Of a DNA stretch of 64,000 nt, positions 25,677 to 40,509 are shown one piece after another. Both the position numbers and the translations under genes were made by a program. Under the pieces are notes generated by a model that saw only the letters and a program-made list of their open reading frames with translations, did no database searches and was not told where the DNA came from. The stretch's first letter is position 1. Each line of letters begins with the position of its first letter. Source of the stretch: Squalus acanthias (taxonomy: Eukaryota); the NCBI GenBank assembly GCA_030390025.1, contig CM059442.1:32674001-32738000 (forward strand), in the 5' to 3' direction.

Positions 25677-27298
25677 AATGTTACAAATTACTAAACCTTC
25701 AGATGCTGTTGAAACAGACATCCACCCTATGCATGGGTAGCAGTGTGCATTTGATTGCACAACTCCATGGAGCAGGAGGATAAAAAGGGCAAAGGGAGGG
25801 CAGGGAAATGAGACCAATTGGGAAAGCCCTTTTAGATAGCCGTCAGAGGCACGATAGGCCAAGTGGCCTCTCCTGTACTGCAAAATTCTATGATTCTAGA
25901 TCTGGTCCCCACTTTGCTCAGAGCCACGCTGCACAGGGAGACACTAAGTGCCAGCTAGGATCTTTTGGGGCGGTATGGGGTCTTCAATGGACTGCTGTCA
26001 CATGTCAATTAATAGTTGACCAACAAACGATATTAGTAGCGGTCTGCAAAAGATGCCTGGCCTACCCTCTCCGTGGTAGGGACATGTAGCACAAATGGGT
26101 CGTGGAAAGGAGTGAAGGTGGGGGGGGGAGGCGGTGGGGGGTGCTGAGGATTCATAGCCTTTTTGTAAAGAAAATACCTTCATTTGTGAAAATGTCTTTT
26201 CACATAACTTGGAATCTGAATGAGTAAATAAAAATCTTAATAGCAGGACGATTCCTAGTCAAACCTGTTAACAACACTCGGGCCACTACAGATCAGTAGC
26301 TTAGTCTTCTAACATCATCGCTCCATCTTTTTGCCATTTATCAGAAGACTGTAAGTGCAGTCTTTGGCACTCTCACCTCTAATGCTGTCCACAGTGCTGT
26401 AAATATTAACTGTCATCAACCAGCTGAATATAGCATTGACTGCATTCCAGACAAAAATTGAAGACAAATTCTGCTACACTGATGAACAGCTGGATAAAGA
26501 ATGTCAATGTTAATTTGCATATTTGTGTTAATTTTCTACTTATGAGTTTAGAAATCTTAATTTATGACTTAAATAAAGCTAGACAATCTTTACAATCATC
26601 TCTAAGAAACTGCAGTGGAGAAGATCTTTTTAGCGCGTATCTATAAAAAGAACGTTCTAAGTGCATTTACTTTAGATGTCACACAATGTCTAATGCACGT
26701 TCCTGTGTCTTAATTTAAAAAAAATTAAGAGAGACAAAACAACGATAATCATTTGTAATCCGCAGACATTATGAGGAGCGCAATATCTGCAGACTCTTAA
26801 TTAACCTTTGTTTTAACTTCCCCCTCCATTAGACTTCGTAGCATTAAAAAGGCACACACCTAAACTTTAGAAGCAGAATAATACATTTTGTTTTACACGA
26901 TATAATGGTCCTATTTTTGTAAAACAACACATCCTCTAACTTATCATGAGCAGCGTTGGGGAGATTTTCTAATTACATTGTAAAAACTTTACATATGTGT
27001 GCACGTCCTGTCTGTCACACTTCTGATGTCACAAACTGTCTGCAAAAAAAAAATGTGAAGAAGTAAAGGCAGGCAGGGAATATTTATAAAAACTGTCCAG
27101 AACCAGAGCATGCAAGCAGCACAATAGGTGCGGGCTCTTAATTAACCTTCCCACAAATAAAGCCAGCATTTTGATCTCCAGCCTGAACAGCAGTTTATCT
27201 TTAACAACCTCATCCATGTGTTCTATCAATTAGACTTTGTGGACTTAAAGAAACGCTGATTCAGCTTAGCAGCATAATAATACATTACATGGCATAAT

Positions 27299-27378
27299 GC
27301 ATCTGTCCGTATAAAGCAACATATTATCTGATTTCCCCGCATCTGTCCGTATAAAGCAACATATTATCTGATTTCCCC
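27299..27378. repeat. Perfect 40-bp tandem duplication
   Basis: gcatctgtccgtataaagcaacatattatctgatttcccc x2. Confidence 0.95.
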
Positions 27379-27415
27379 GTGAGCAATGCCACAGGAGATT
27401 TACTAGTGTGCTTTT

Positions 27416-27439
27416 GTGTGTGTGTGTGTGTGTGTGTGT
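27416..27439. repeat. (TG)n microsatellite
   Basis: About 12 TG units. Confidence 0.9.
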
Positions 27440-30400
27440 AGATCTATTAGAGTGAAAGCCAAACAGGCCTGATAAAACAAATTTCCTTTGAAAATTTATT
27501 TTTCATAGAATGGACTCACTGTTGTTTCCAAACAAACCCTGTAAAGTGCCCATCATTATTTGTATATCGCTCAGTCAGTGCTCCAAGGTAACATTATTCA
27601 ATGCACAGCTACAATTTCTTGGTTAGTTCCTTCTTCCAGTAGATTGACACTCCAGCGGAGTATTTAGTCTTCATTCTAACCTCTGGGTAATGCTAGCAAT
27701 TTCCCACTTACCATTCATATTGTATTTTAATTCTATGGTGAGAGCAGGTTGAAGGAATGTTTGCTACTGATGGTCATCAGCATCAATATGCTACATAGAT
27801 TGCTCTTAAAAAAAAAAGATTAGAGCACTTGATCTAGCCCTGTAGGAGCTGAATTATTGCATTTTCAGAAATCTGTACAAGTAGAACATTAAAAGGAAAA
27901 GCTTTTTGAAAAATATAGTAGCTTAAAACATCTTTATTACAAGATTGCCCGTTGTGTAAGAAATTAAAACACCTCACATTTGTTATTTCACAGAGGGTGC
28001 AGTAATCTAAATGGTTATGGTGCTGAATTAGAAAACCAAGACATCAGAAATTCAAATCCCACCATGGCAGGTTGTGAAATTGAATTCAATAAATTTGGTA
28101 ATTTGTGGGCTAGCACCAGGGAAATTACCAGGAAAGCTTCTGGATTGTCGTAAAAACGTAATGGGTTCACTTATGTCCCTCAGGGAAGGGAATCTGTCTC
28201 CGCAGATCTGCATATTCAAGGCGCCTGGTGCCTGTTTTAGGCAGGTGCACAGGGCATTTGGAAACCGCTGGCTATCAAATTGGCAGCTGATACACTTGGC
28301 GGGGAATTAGGCACGGAAGATTGCACCCATAAATTGGCCCCCCAACTCCATTTTTCGCCCAGGAGTCGTGCACGACAGGTTCTGATTTCCCCCCCCCCCA
28401 AAGATTTTCGAGATTGTGATCTGTTGTCATAAATTATTTTGGTGAAAGTAATTAGTAGTTAATATAACAGAGACTGTGCGTTAAATCCATTTTCCCAACG
28501 CCTTTAATAATAGTAATACCGATTTACTGATAGAAGAGAAGAGTGGATTAATAAGAGAGGGTGGTCGAGTTACCCACCCCTCCAAGTTTCTCCTGCTTCA
28601 GCAATAGTTGGCACTAACATGACATTGTCAATCTGATTTTAAAAAATCTGACACAACTGCAATCCTGAGCTTGGTGTTAGAAGTTCCTGAGTGAGTCCAT
28701 TCGCATTCTGAACTTTAACCTTCAAACTACTTGGCTAGAGAATGCTTGCCCAGAGAGACAAAATGCTCCGCTTCCCAGCACGGCCACCATTCACTTTGCC
28801 AAAGGCTGAGATTTGTCAGGAAAGGAACAAAAAAGAAGGGGATTTCTAAATAAAGAAGCTGAATATTGGTGTGTGATACTGATATTACTCTCAATGTGTG
28901 CTGATAGTTCTATCCTGCTCTATAGTGCTCTTGCAGCACTAGTAGTGAATGGAGAATAATGTTAATATTAAATCTCAATTAAAGTCTTGATAAAGGGCAG
29001 GTAAAGAGAAATCATTCTTTGCTGTTGCAAGCCACTTGGTTTATGCAGCACTTTTAAGACTGCTGCCTTCTATCGTGGATGAATGGCCATGACAACGCTC
29101 CAAGTCCCTTTCTGACTTGCAATCGTTGACTATTGTATTCTGGGCAGAGATAAAGTCAAATTAGATTTGGTTTTGGTTTCGTTCAAGTGCTGTCTTTTAC
29201 CCTCGAGTAAAATTACTATTAACAAGCGTGACTTTAAAAACTGATAAAACGCCAAAGGTTTATATCAGCAACAAAATGAATGAAATAGAGTTGAGATCGT
29301 TTTTTTTTTTAAAAAACTGCCTTGGTGTGTGTGATAGGATAGGTTAATCTGAAAAAGCAGCACATTCAGATAGTGGGTCTCTTAAGGTTTATTGAATTCC
29401 GAGAAATTGCCTTGTTAGTGGTTGTAGAGAGGAGAGAAATGCAATTCAGTCACAAGGCACACACAATATCTGCAGTCACCAAATGGGCTCATAGGATAGA
29501 CAAGTTTCAGTGAGCGGCATACCACCAGAAAACTTATACTGGGGCTTCAGAGAGATTAGAGAGCCAAAATAAAGAAATATTTTTAATATGAAGGTTTCTA
29601 AGGCTGTAATTCAATCAAAGGGGCATTGCATAAAGTAATTTATACCCCAATCTGTCATTAGTGATTTTTTTTCCCCCACTGGCATCTGAACGCCAGAGAT
29701 TGCATTCCTGCCTTCCATCTCTCATGGGTAATTTATATAATTATATTTTATATAATATATACTGTTGGGAATATTTAGTGTTCAACTTTAGTTGGACATT
29801 CTCCAGCAGTTTTTCTTGATATTAGAAATTTGCCCGAAACGGTGGGAAGCAGTCGCACTCTTCAAGGTATGGCACAGAGTTTAATCAGTGTGATAACGGT
29901 CACCCTTGAAGGGTAATCATGGTTATTAGCCAGGTACTGCAATGTAATCCTTCCATTTTCTGCAGGAGTTTATTGCTTCATATTCTCCACAGAATATATA
30001 ACATATTAATACAGATTGATCCAAAAAAAAACAGCTTAAAAGATTTCTTTGAGTGATTGACTTTCCTCAGGGAGAATCTGTATGGAAAGAAAAGTCATTC
30101 AGGTATCAAAATATAGATACATAACCGGCACAAGGGACATGGAATTTGCCCTACAAGTGATTGGGTCTCAAATGCAGTAATAGTAGCAAAAAATCATTTC
30201 TAAACACAATGGATATTTGCCTAGTCTTCTGCATCTTTCATTTGTGCATGAATGCGATACAAAATACTTATTCTGTTTTTCCCACACATGTAAGTTAATA
30301 ATCTGTTAGTGCTTTAGATTTCATAACATATTTTTGCTCAAGAGATGTTGGCACTGGGCAGTCAAGTATGTTTGCACTTTGGATGCTCATTATCAAGCAT

Positions 30401-30519
30401 CAAGAGTTCCCAGGTTAGACATAACTCAGCAGATGTAGTGTGACATTCCTATTATTCTGCTCCAATAATGGTCTTGATGCCAACATCAGCACCCCACCCC
30501 AAATGCACCAGTATGAAAT

Positions 30520-32190
30520 GTGAAAATGCTGGAGTCCATCATTAAGGAAGTGATAGCAGGACATTTAGAAAATCATAATATAGTCAAGCAGAGTCAGCAT
30601 GGTTTTATGAAGGGGAAATCATGTTTGACAAATTTGCTGGAGTTCTTTGAGGATGTAACGAGCAGGGTGGATAAAGGGGAACTAGCAGATGTCGTGTATT
30701 TGGATTTCCAGAAGACATTCGATAAGGTGCCACATAAAAGGTTACTACACAAGATAAGAGCGCACGGGGTTGGGGGTAATATATTAGCATGGATAGAGGA
30801 TGGCTAACTAACAGAAAACAGAGAGTCAAGATAAATGGGTCATTTTCAGGTTGACAAACTGTAACTAGTGGGGTGCCGCAGGGATCAGTGCTGGGGCCTC
30901 AACTATTTACAATCTATATTAATGACTTGGATGAAGGGACCGAGTGTAATGTAGCCAAATTTGCTGATGATACAAAGATAGGTGGGAAAGCAAATTGTGT
31001 GGAGGACGCAAAGAATCTCCAAAGAGATATAGATAGGCTAAGTGAGTGGGCAAAAATCTGGCAGATGGAGTTTAATGTGGGAAAATGCGAGGTTATCCAC
31101 TTTGGTAGGAAAAATAAAAAAGCAAATTATTATTTAAATGAGGAGAGATTACAAAATGCTGAGGTACAGAGGGATCTGGGGGTCCTTGTACATGAATCAC
31201 AAAATGTTAGCATGCAGGTACAGCAAGTAATTAGGAAGGCAAATGGAATGTTGGCCTTTATTACAAAGAGAATGGAGTATAAAAGTAGGGAAGTCCTGTT
31301 ACAACTGTACAGGGCGTTGGTGAGACCACACCTGGAGTACTGCGTACAGTTTTGGTCTCCTTATTTAAGGAAGGATATACTTGCATTGGAGGCAGTTCAG
31401 AGAAGGTTCACAAGATTGATTCCGGAGATGAAGGGGTTGTCTTATGAAGAAAGGTTGAGTAGGTTGGGCCTATACTCATTGGAGTTTAGAAGAATGAGAG
31501 GGGATCTTATTGAAACATACAAGATTCTGAAGGGGCTTGACAGGGTAGATGCAGAGAGGATGTTTCCCCTCGTGGGGGAATCTAGAACTAGGGGGCATAA
31601 TTTCAGAATAAGGGGAAACCCTTTTAAATCGAAAATAAGGAGGAATTTCTTCTCTGAGGGCCGTGAATCTTTGAAATTCTCTTCCCCAGAGAGCTGTGGA
31701 GGCTGGGTCATTGAAAGACTAACACAAATTGACAGGATATGCAGCCAGCAGGTGGTTTGACACGTTGGACCCCCTGGGACACATCTCATTGTCTTGGCTG
31801 TGCTCTTAGTGTGTCTTTGATGTAGGGAAATATTTGAATAGATTTTGTCTGTGTTTAAATTGTGAATTCTGGGAGATTCTCTCACTGCTAACTTACCTGA
31901 GGAAGGAGCGACAGCTCCGAAAGCTTGTAAAATTAAATAAATCTGTTGGACTATAACCTGGTGTTGTGCGACTTCTCATTTTTGTCCACCCCAGTCCAAC
32001 GCCGGCATCTCCACATCATGAATATATTTAAGGTGGAGATAGACAGATTTTTGAACGATAAGGGGTTATGGGGAGTGGGCAGGGAAGTGGAGTTGAGGCC
32101 AAGATCAGATCAGCCATGATCTTATTGAATGGCAGAGCAGGCTCGAGGGGCCAAATAACCTACTCCTGCTCCTATGTCTTATGTTCTATT
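30520..32190 (+). mobile_element. CR1 LINE RT plus 3' tail, interrupted by a Penelope-end insertion
   Basis: ORFs 30520-30807 and 30873-31760 with RT motifs ([12 protein letters not shown]); tail ctatgtcttatgttct. Confidence 0.95.
31716..32018 (+). mobile_element. Short Penelope-like terminal fragment with hammerhead motif (31893-31930)
   Basis: Interrupts CR1 (ggtcattgaa|...|tatattta); contains ttac-CTGAGGA-a-ggagc(gaca)gctcc-GAAA-gc-tt-gtaa followed by AATAAA. Confidence 0.75.
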
Positions 32191-32611
32191 TCCTGTATTA
32201 GCCATTTCTGACTGAGATTGTTAATTTAATCCCAATTTTAGTTCTGTGCCTCCCGGGCTGAGAATTGTAAGACTAATGGGAATGATACATTATCAAGAAC
32301 ATTCATGAAGGGCACCTGATAATTCTTAACCCCTTCACCATAACTTCTCATCAAGGAACTGACTCGGGTTTATCACCAAGTCTATGCCTAGGAGGTCATG
32401 ATGCCCACATTTGGTTAACTTAACTATTTTGCATGAAGCAGTTCTGGTTATATTAGCATTTACACTACCAACCTCCACCAGGATCCACCTAAACTACTGA
32501 GTGAATGAATTAACCCTTTCCTGCCAATTATCAAAGAAGTCAAACAACAAAGCAAGAACTAACACTTGTTTATTAACCTTAGAATCATAGTTAGCGGCAC
32601 TTAAACATTGA

Positions 32612-33147
32612 GGGGTGGAATGTCCTGTGTATTTGCGCCTAGAGATGCGTGTAAACGGAGCGTAAAGCAAATACCCTTCAAAACAGGTGTAAAAATAAGC
32701 TTAGAATTTTAGCCCCAGCAGGAAACAGTCATTTTTCTGGTGTATTATTGCAATGTGTTTTTTTTAATTATCCTCACTGAGAACTGCATTATCAGTTTCT
32801 TTGAATGCATTTTTGTGGCATCAGTATAAGTTACATTTTAAAAATTGAAAAGCTTCCACAATTTCATATTCTTAAACAGGCTGTGCCATATGTGCATGAG
32901 TGATGGTTAGATGGCTTGAAACTTCAGTTTTCTTACTTAAAAAATATATGGTGTGAATTCGCCGTTTTCCTTGGGCCCCAGTTGTTTGCGCTGATTTTCG
33001 TTTATTTATGCTCATTCTTATGCTCCGGCATATACTAATAAGATTGCCAGGAAATTTGGGTGTAAATAGACATCGGCAAAATGGGCGCACAAATGTGCGT
33101 AATTTCAGGTATCATTTCCCGATTTCCCCCACAGGAAATTCCACCCC
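32612..33147. mobile_element. Harbinger-type MITE
   Basis: 18-bp TIRs ggggtggaatgtcctgtg / cacaggaaattccacccc (1 mismatch); TSD TGA. Confidence 0.85.
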
Positions 33148-34417
33148 TGAGTAGGCAAAAAATTAGTAGATGGGGTTAATTGATTAAATAAATAAGAGGT
33201 TACAAAGGCAATTCAATTATGTCACCGTGATTTAGCTGTAACTGCTTGCTGATTATTAATTTGCAGCTGTCAGTGTTGAGATTGATATAAATTGGTGAGA
33301 TTAATTTAGGATTTGACTTCTTACATATCTGCTAAATTAATACTGCTTGCCTTTGTACGGTGCTGCTAGTGATTCTAAATTTGGAGGGACCGGAGCCAGT
33401 GCCTAACAATGTGTTACCAATAAAATCAACAACACATTTTACAATTACCTCACCTAGGTTCACATGAAGGGCTAGTTTTGTTCTTGTTGCCTTTGTATCT
33501 TCCTAATGCCGCATTTTTTTTTAAGATATCACCAAAACACTACAATACTTAATACCAGTAAACCATCTTTATTCAGAAGTGTTGCATCTTAACTGTTGTG
33601 TTACTTTGGAACCTGCGCCAAAGAGTCAGACTCTTGCAAAAAAAAATGTTTGAGGTGTCGTCACAAAGTCGCCTAGCACTATAAATTGGGCAGCTCCAAT
33701 CAATCTACATTGTAGGCTGGATTATGGTACTGGAACTCTGCATAAATAAACCTCGCGTCAAGTAGACCTTGTAACTATGTATAGATGCTTTCTTCCACAG
33801 GCAGGCTTGGGACTACTTAAAATGGAGAATTAATTGAAGTTTACTTTGGATGTCCCATTAAAAACTCTCTTCCCTGATTTGGCCCTTAAATATTTGCCGT
33901 AAATATTATTACACAGTGTTTTATATTTTTGTTAATATATACACATCCAGCTAAAAACATAACTGCAAAGGTAGTGTGCTTTCAAATTTACAAACTTCTT
34001 TAAAATTCATGAAATGTAATTGGGAAACTCTTAGTTGAGCAGTTAGAAATGTGGCAAACAGCTCCGCAAACTATTTTATCCGATCAAACGGTTTATATTC
34101 TACTTCTTCGTTTCCAAGATCCATCACATATGCAGAATATTCGTACTTAGAATTATTAGTTTAGGGAATCGCATTAAAGTTATACAATTCTAGAATTATT
34201 TTGCTGACTGCCATTTAATATTGAAATAAATGTTCACAACCACAATTAGTGGGTATTATTAATTCAGAAAAATATTTTAAACAATTTAAAGGTGCATTGC
34301 TTTGTGTTTTTGACTTTTTGTAGTTTGGGCATGACCAAGAGGATAGACAACTTGCTCATCAGCTTGCATGAGAATGGGCAGGGTTCTCTCCATTGATGTG
34401 CTTTATGTATCATGCTT

Positions 34418-34762
34418 AAGAAAGAAAAAGAAAGACAGACTTCCATTTATATAGCGCCTTTCACGACCACCGGACGTCTCGAAGCGTTTTACAGCCAATG
34501 AAGTACTTTTGGAGTGTAGTCATTGTTGTAATGTGGGAAATGCGGCAGCCAATTTGCGCACAGCAAGCTCCCACAAACAGCAACGTGATAATGACCAGAT
34601 AATCTGTTTTTGTTATGTTGATTGAGGGATAAATATTGGCCAGGACACCGGGGATAACTCCCCTGCTCTTCTTCAAAATAGTGCCATGAAATCTTTTACG
34701 TCCACCTGAGAGAGCAGATAGGGCCTCGGTTTAACGTCTCATCCAAAAGACGGCACCTCCAC
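34418..34762 (-). mobile_element. SacSINE1/DeuSINE-like SINE (5'-truncated)
   Basis: (CTTT)n tail, L2-like 3' end and core matching the + copy at 54316-54735. Confidence 0.8.
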
Positions 34763-36654
34763 CTTAAGATAAAGAATGTATGAAACAAACTAAGAAGGCA
34801 ACACTTAGCTGAGGTGCTAGTGTTGCAATCACCTTCCAGTGCTACACACTTTATAAGGAAGTAAAAACAGAATATGAAGCTTCAGAATAAGCAACTTCAC
34901 TTCCAAATCCTAAACCTGTTGTCACAGTACCAGTCAGTACTAAGCAGACAAAATGTCCCGAATGAAGGACCTTTTTCCCAAATGTCGCTTTGCCTAAAGC
35001 TCATGGAAGTAAATCAATTATATATTTTTTTGAAGTTCAGCCTATTAAGTGTTGACCCTGAAACATCACTTCACTTCTATAATTTTCCAGTATTCAGTAC
35101 AGATGTGTCTGTGTTCTTAATTGTGTATGAGAACCCCATTGCATTGTTTGTTGGATGAGAATAAGTACAGTATCATCATTCTTCGAATATCATGAGCAGA
35201 GACATTTATACCTAATTACCAGTTTTTGTCATAGCAATTGGAATAATTTGGAGCATGTTCAAATGCATCAGCTTTACTCTAAGCGCACATTTTATATTGT
35301 GAAAGCCTGTTCAAGGATACATTTATATTAAAAAAATGTAAATTAATCATGAATATGGGGTCATGGCTAACTTTGTAGATTGTGTAAGTAGTGTGATAAA
35401 AGCCTATCTTACAGATAGCTGGCCAGCTCACAAATGGTCTTGTCTTCCTTGGTAATAAGAATTTTAACCTTCTAATTTGTTTTAGGACAGCTCATCTAAG
35501 TTAGCTTAATTAACTGTCTTTTGATGGAATGTCTCGAAGCCTGCAATAATACCTTAATGCTGTGCAATTTCTAGATGGATATTGGCATTGGTGTGATAAT
35601 TAGCATGTGTCACCTCTAAACCAATTCCAAGTTTAAATTGCAGTTTTGTACTTATAAGGTAATATGTTTCATCTAAGACGTAGAACACAATACCAGTAAA
35701 GCATTAGTTTCTATATATTGCAAATTAAATAAGATTAGCATCTGAAATATTAAAATCAAATGTAGTGTATATAAATTATTCTGAGCATTTAAGATGCTAA
35801 TTATGAATTTTGTGCCTTTTCACATTCGTAGATTTATACTTCACTTAAGTTTGAAATGTGATAGAAACCTGCTGTGCACCCAAGCATTCACACTGAAATA
35901 ATGTCTATATGACCTGTGCAATTTGTTCCAAAAACATGTAGGTTATTTCTGCTTGGTATGTTAAATTTTCACACTGAGAACATCAACTACCAGAATATTT
36001 GTTGGAAAAAAACATTTTTTAGAAATAGTTAATGCATAAACTGTAACATATTTTGAGTAACGCAAATAAAAAATGGTACAATGGATATACATCAGTCAGG
36101 GGACAATTTGACAAAGTGGGTTCAAATCCAGTTCAGGCTAATGAGATGGATGTATCCTTTGTTGCCTATAAGATCTCTGTGTGAAATGATTTTGGGCAGT
36201 CACAAGCCAGTACTTAATAGGTTTAATTCCACAGCAAAGAGCGGCCCCTAATTTGTCACCGAAGTTGCCTGTTGCAAATGAAATAATTCACACTGGTTCA
36301 GTTTAGAGTGCTCTTGTGAAGTTTCATTTAAGGCATGTTGTCGGGAGACTTTACTCTGCATTCTGTTTGTGCAGTATGTTATGATCTTGGGTTCTTGCTC
36401 GGATAGTTTCCTCCTGCTCAACATCAAAGACCACTCCCATGAGCAAGGTGCTCCCTAAATGCACAATATCTAGCAATTTAGCATGCCCAGGGATTGAACA
36501 GAATCCCTTGTTACTATGTCCAGCTTGCTTGATATATCGGAAACTGTTATGATCTTCTAGACTTTAGAAAGCAGTAGACTAAGCACTCCATCAGACTGTG
36601 GCTTAGGCTATATACTAATAGATGGCTAACAACGAGAACTGTACAATGTGTCAA

Positions 36655-37445
36655 GTGCACATAGACAGGTTAGCAGAATGGGCAGACAGCTAGCAGATGC
36701 AATTTAATGTAGAGAAGTGTGGGGCAGTATATTTTCAGAGGAATAGGAGTATGCACTCAATGGAAAGATACTGAAGGAGGTGGATGAACAGTGAGATGTT
36801 GGGGTACAAATAAATCATTCTTTGAGAATGGAAGGGCAGGTACATCAAGCCATAAAAAACGTTCAATATTATTTTGGGTTTTATAAATAGGGACACAGAA
36901 TATGAGTAAAGTGATAATGATAAATTTGTAGAAGGCAGCGGTTAGGCCACAGTTAGAGTACTATGTGCAGTTTTGGGTGCCCCATTAAAGAAAACTGTAA
37001 AGAATGTACAAGATCGATGATACCAGAGTTGAGAAACTATAGTTATGAGAGGAGACTTGAGATACTGGAACTACTTCCATTGGAGCAGAGGGCCAAGAGA
37101 GGTTTAATAGCGATTGTTTAAAATTATGAAGGTTTTTGATAGAGTGAATAGGAAAAGACTATTCCCTCTGGTTGGAGAGTTAGTGACAATGGGTCATCAA
37201 TTTAGTACTGTCATTAAGAAAGTGGGGAGAAATGTCTTTATTCAGAGAGTTGTTTGAAGTGGAAGGCTTATCCACAGGAAGTAATTAAGACCGAGATTAT
37301 TGCACTATTTTTAAGGGAAAAGTAGCTAAATATTTGAAGCAGAGATAGATACATAGCCACAGGGAAAGCATAATGCTCTGTTAAAGGTCCAGCGCAGACA
37401 GGCTGAGCCAAATGCCTTCCTTCTGTTCTGTAAACTTCTATGGTT
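36655..37445 (+). mobile_element. Degraded CR1 LINE 3' part
   Basis: gacaggttagcagaatgggcagac..., gttaggccacagttagagtactatgtgcagttttgg (VRPQLEY..QFW) and CR1 tail. Confidence 0.75.
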
Positions 37446-38710
37446 CTGAAGTAAGTAAGCAATAGCAAAGGCAAACAGTGACATATTCCTATGTAAATAA
37501 TAAAAATGTCCTTGCGCTAAAACTCAAAATAAAACTGGACCTGAGACAGGGTCCCTTACAACAATTTTAAGTGACATTTTGTCAGACACATCTGTTTCCA
37601 GCTGACTTCTTGATAGGTTATGTAGAACATAAGAACATAAGAAATAGGAGCTGGAGTAGGCTATTTGGCCCTTCAAGCCTGCTCCATCATTCAACAAGAT
37701 CATGGTTGATCTTCTACCTCAACTCCACCTTCCCGCACTATCCCCATATCCCTTAATTCCCTTTGATCCCAAAAATTTATCGACCTCTGTCTTGAATATA
37801 CACAACGACTGAGCATCCACAGCTCTCTGGGGTAGAGAATTCCAAAGATTCACAACCCTTTGAGTGAAGAAATTTCTCCTCAATTCAGTCCTAAATGGTC
37901 TGCCCCTTATTCTGTGACTGTGATCCCGTGTTCTAGACTCCCCAGCCAGGGGAAACATTTTCCCAGCATTAACCCTGTCAAGCCACTTAAGAATTTTATA
38001 TGTTTCAATTAGATCACCTCTCATTCTTCTAAACTCTAAGGAATATAGGCCTAGTCTCCTCAATCTCTTCTCATAGGGCAATCCCTTCATCCCAGGAACC
38101 AGTCTAGTGAACCTTCGCTGCACTCCCTCTAAGGCAAGTATGTCTTTCCTTAGGTGAGGAGACCAGAAGTGTACACAGTACTCCAGGTGTGGCCTCACCC
38201 ATGCCCTGCATAATTGTAGTAAGACTTATTTACTATTGTACTCTAATCCCTTTGTAACAAAAGCCAACAAAGTAGCACGGAGTCCAGTTCAACGGAGTAC
38301 TGCTTCTACAGAGTACTAAACTCGGAATTTGGTGAGTGAGGGAATTCGGTGCATTGAGGGAAGTGGTGCTGTTCTAGTATTTTTTTAAAAACAAGGAGCG
38401 GTCGAGAGAGGGAGCGTGAGACAGCGATACCTGAGAGCTGAGGTCTAGAGACATTAATTATAATTGATAGTTTAAACAAGATACTAATTAGCTTCAGAAA
38501 GAGGGAATAGACATTTTTTAGATCATGAATGGGCAGCTGATACCTGTTGCTTGCAATTCGTGCGCCATGTGGGAACTTCAGGGCATTTCATGGGTCTTGG
38601 GGGACCATGTGTGTCGGAAATGTTTCCAGCTGCTCGAGCTTGAGCTCAGTGTTTCTGAGCTTGAGGAGCAGCTAGAGTCACTGCGGAGCATCAGGGAGGC
38701 TGAGAGTTTC

Positions 38711-39023
38711 ACAGAATCACAGAATCCCCACAGTGCAGATAGAGGCCATTTCGGCCCATCGAGCCTGCACTGACACACATCCCACCCTATCCCCGTAACC
38801 CCACGTATTTAATCCCCCCCCTAACACTAAGGGTCAATTTATCATAGCCAAATCAACCTAACCTGCACATCTTTGGACTGTGGGAGGAAACCGGAGCACC
38901 CGGAGGAAACCCATGCAGTCACGGGGAGAATGTGCAAACTCCACACAGACAGTCACCCGAGGCCGGATTCGAAACCGGGTCCTTGGCGCTGTGAGGCAAC
39001 AGTGCTAACCACTATCCCACCGT
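38711..39023 (-). mobile_element. HE1/V-SINE-like tRNA-derived SINE inserted in CR1 ORF1
   Basis: Minus strand shows A/B-box-like head (tagtggttagcactg; ggtttcgaatcc), V-domain-like core (ggtttcctccgggtgctccggtttcctccc) and CR1-derived tail. Confidence 0.85.
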
Positions 39024-39849
39024 ATGTTCCAGGAGGTGGCCACCCCACAGGCAGAGAGAGTTCAGCATAGTAAATGGGTGGCCATCCGGAAGAGGCAGGA
39101 AGTGCAGGAGTCTTCGGGGTGTGTGTCACTCTCCAACTGGTACGCAGCATTGGAGACTGCTGAGAGTGACGACACCTTGAAGGAGTGCAGTCCAGACCAT
39201 GACACCAATGGGCAAGGGACTGCACAGGGGGTAACAGCAAAGCGTAGAAATGCAGTCATTATAGGAGATTCCATAGTTAGGGGGACAGACAGGCATTTCT
39301 GTAACCGTCACCGTGAGTCCCACATGGTGTATTGCCTCCCTGGTGCCAGGGTAAAGGACATCACGGAGAGGGTGCAGAATATTCTGCAGGGGGAAAGGAG
39401 TGAGCCAGAAGTAGTGGTATACGTCGGTACCAATGACATAGAGAGGGCAGGTATTGAGGTCCTACAGTCAGACTTTCAGGAGCTAGGGAGGAAGTTAAAA
39501 AGTAGGACCTCAAAGGTAGTAATCTCTGGATTACTCACAGTGTCATGCGCCAGCGAGAGTAGAAATGGGAAGATAGGGAGGATCAATGCGTGGCTTGAGG
39601 CCTGGTGCAGGAGGGAGGGATAGTACTAGAGAAGGAAGTCATACCATATTAGACAGAAGCAGACTAAGAAGGACTACGAGGAATACAAAGACCGGTTTGG
39701 AATGCATGTATGTAAACGCACAAAGTGTGGTGAATAAGGTTGGTGAGCTACAAGCACAATTAGCCGTGTGGAAATATGATGTAGTGGCAATAACGGAAAC
39801 GTGGCTTAAAAATGGTGAGGACTGAGTGCTTAATATTCACAGATACAAG

Positions 39850-40319
39850 GGGCTGGATTTTCATTGACCCGTGGAGGCAGGTTTGGAGGCGTGTGGGGGG
39901 TTAAAATTGCGAAAACTGGCGGGCGGGCACAAGTCCGCCTTCATCCCGCCTCCACGCAATTTTCATTAAATCGTGTCTGCTGGTCCCGACTCCGTCCCGC
40001 CTTTAAGAGGCGGGATAGGCTGTTAAGGCCCTTAAGAAGCACTAATTGGCTCTATAATGCCATTTTGAAAGGCCTTTGTGATTTTAACACACACACACAC
40101 ACACACACACCACAGGCGGTCTCTGAAGATATTCAATGCGGCAGCAATGATGACATCATCAGAGGCGACTTTCAGACTCAAAACACTAATTGGTTCATGG
40201 GTTCCCACATGCTGGAACTCAATTGCCCAATTAGGTGAAAATTGCATCAATCTCCCACATCCAATTGCACTCGGGTGGATAACACGACCCCAACCCGCCC
40301 CAGTATCAAAATCCAGTCC
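39850..40319. mobile_element. Harbinger-type MITE with (AC)n tract
   Basis: TIRs gggctggatttt / aaaatccagtcc; TSD AAG; removal restores CR1 YKVFRKDR. Confidence 0.9.
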
Positions 40320-40509
40320 AAGGTGTTCAGAAAAGATAGGGAAGGAGAAAAGGGAGGTGGGGTGGCAGTATTGATTAGGGAAGACATTGTAGTGTTGGAA
40401 AGAGAGGATGTCCTTGAGGGGGCATGGACAGAATTCATTTGGTTAGAGTTGAGAAGCAAAAAGGGTATGACCACGCTATTGGGGTATTCTATAGGCCTCC
40501 AAATAGTGA

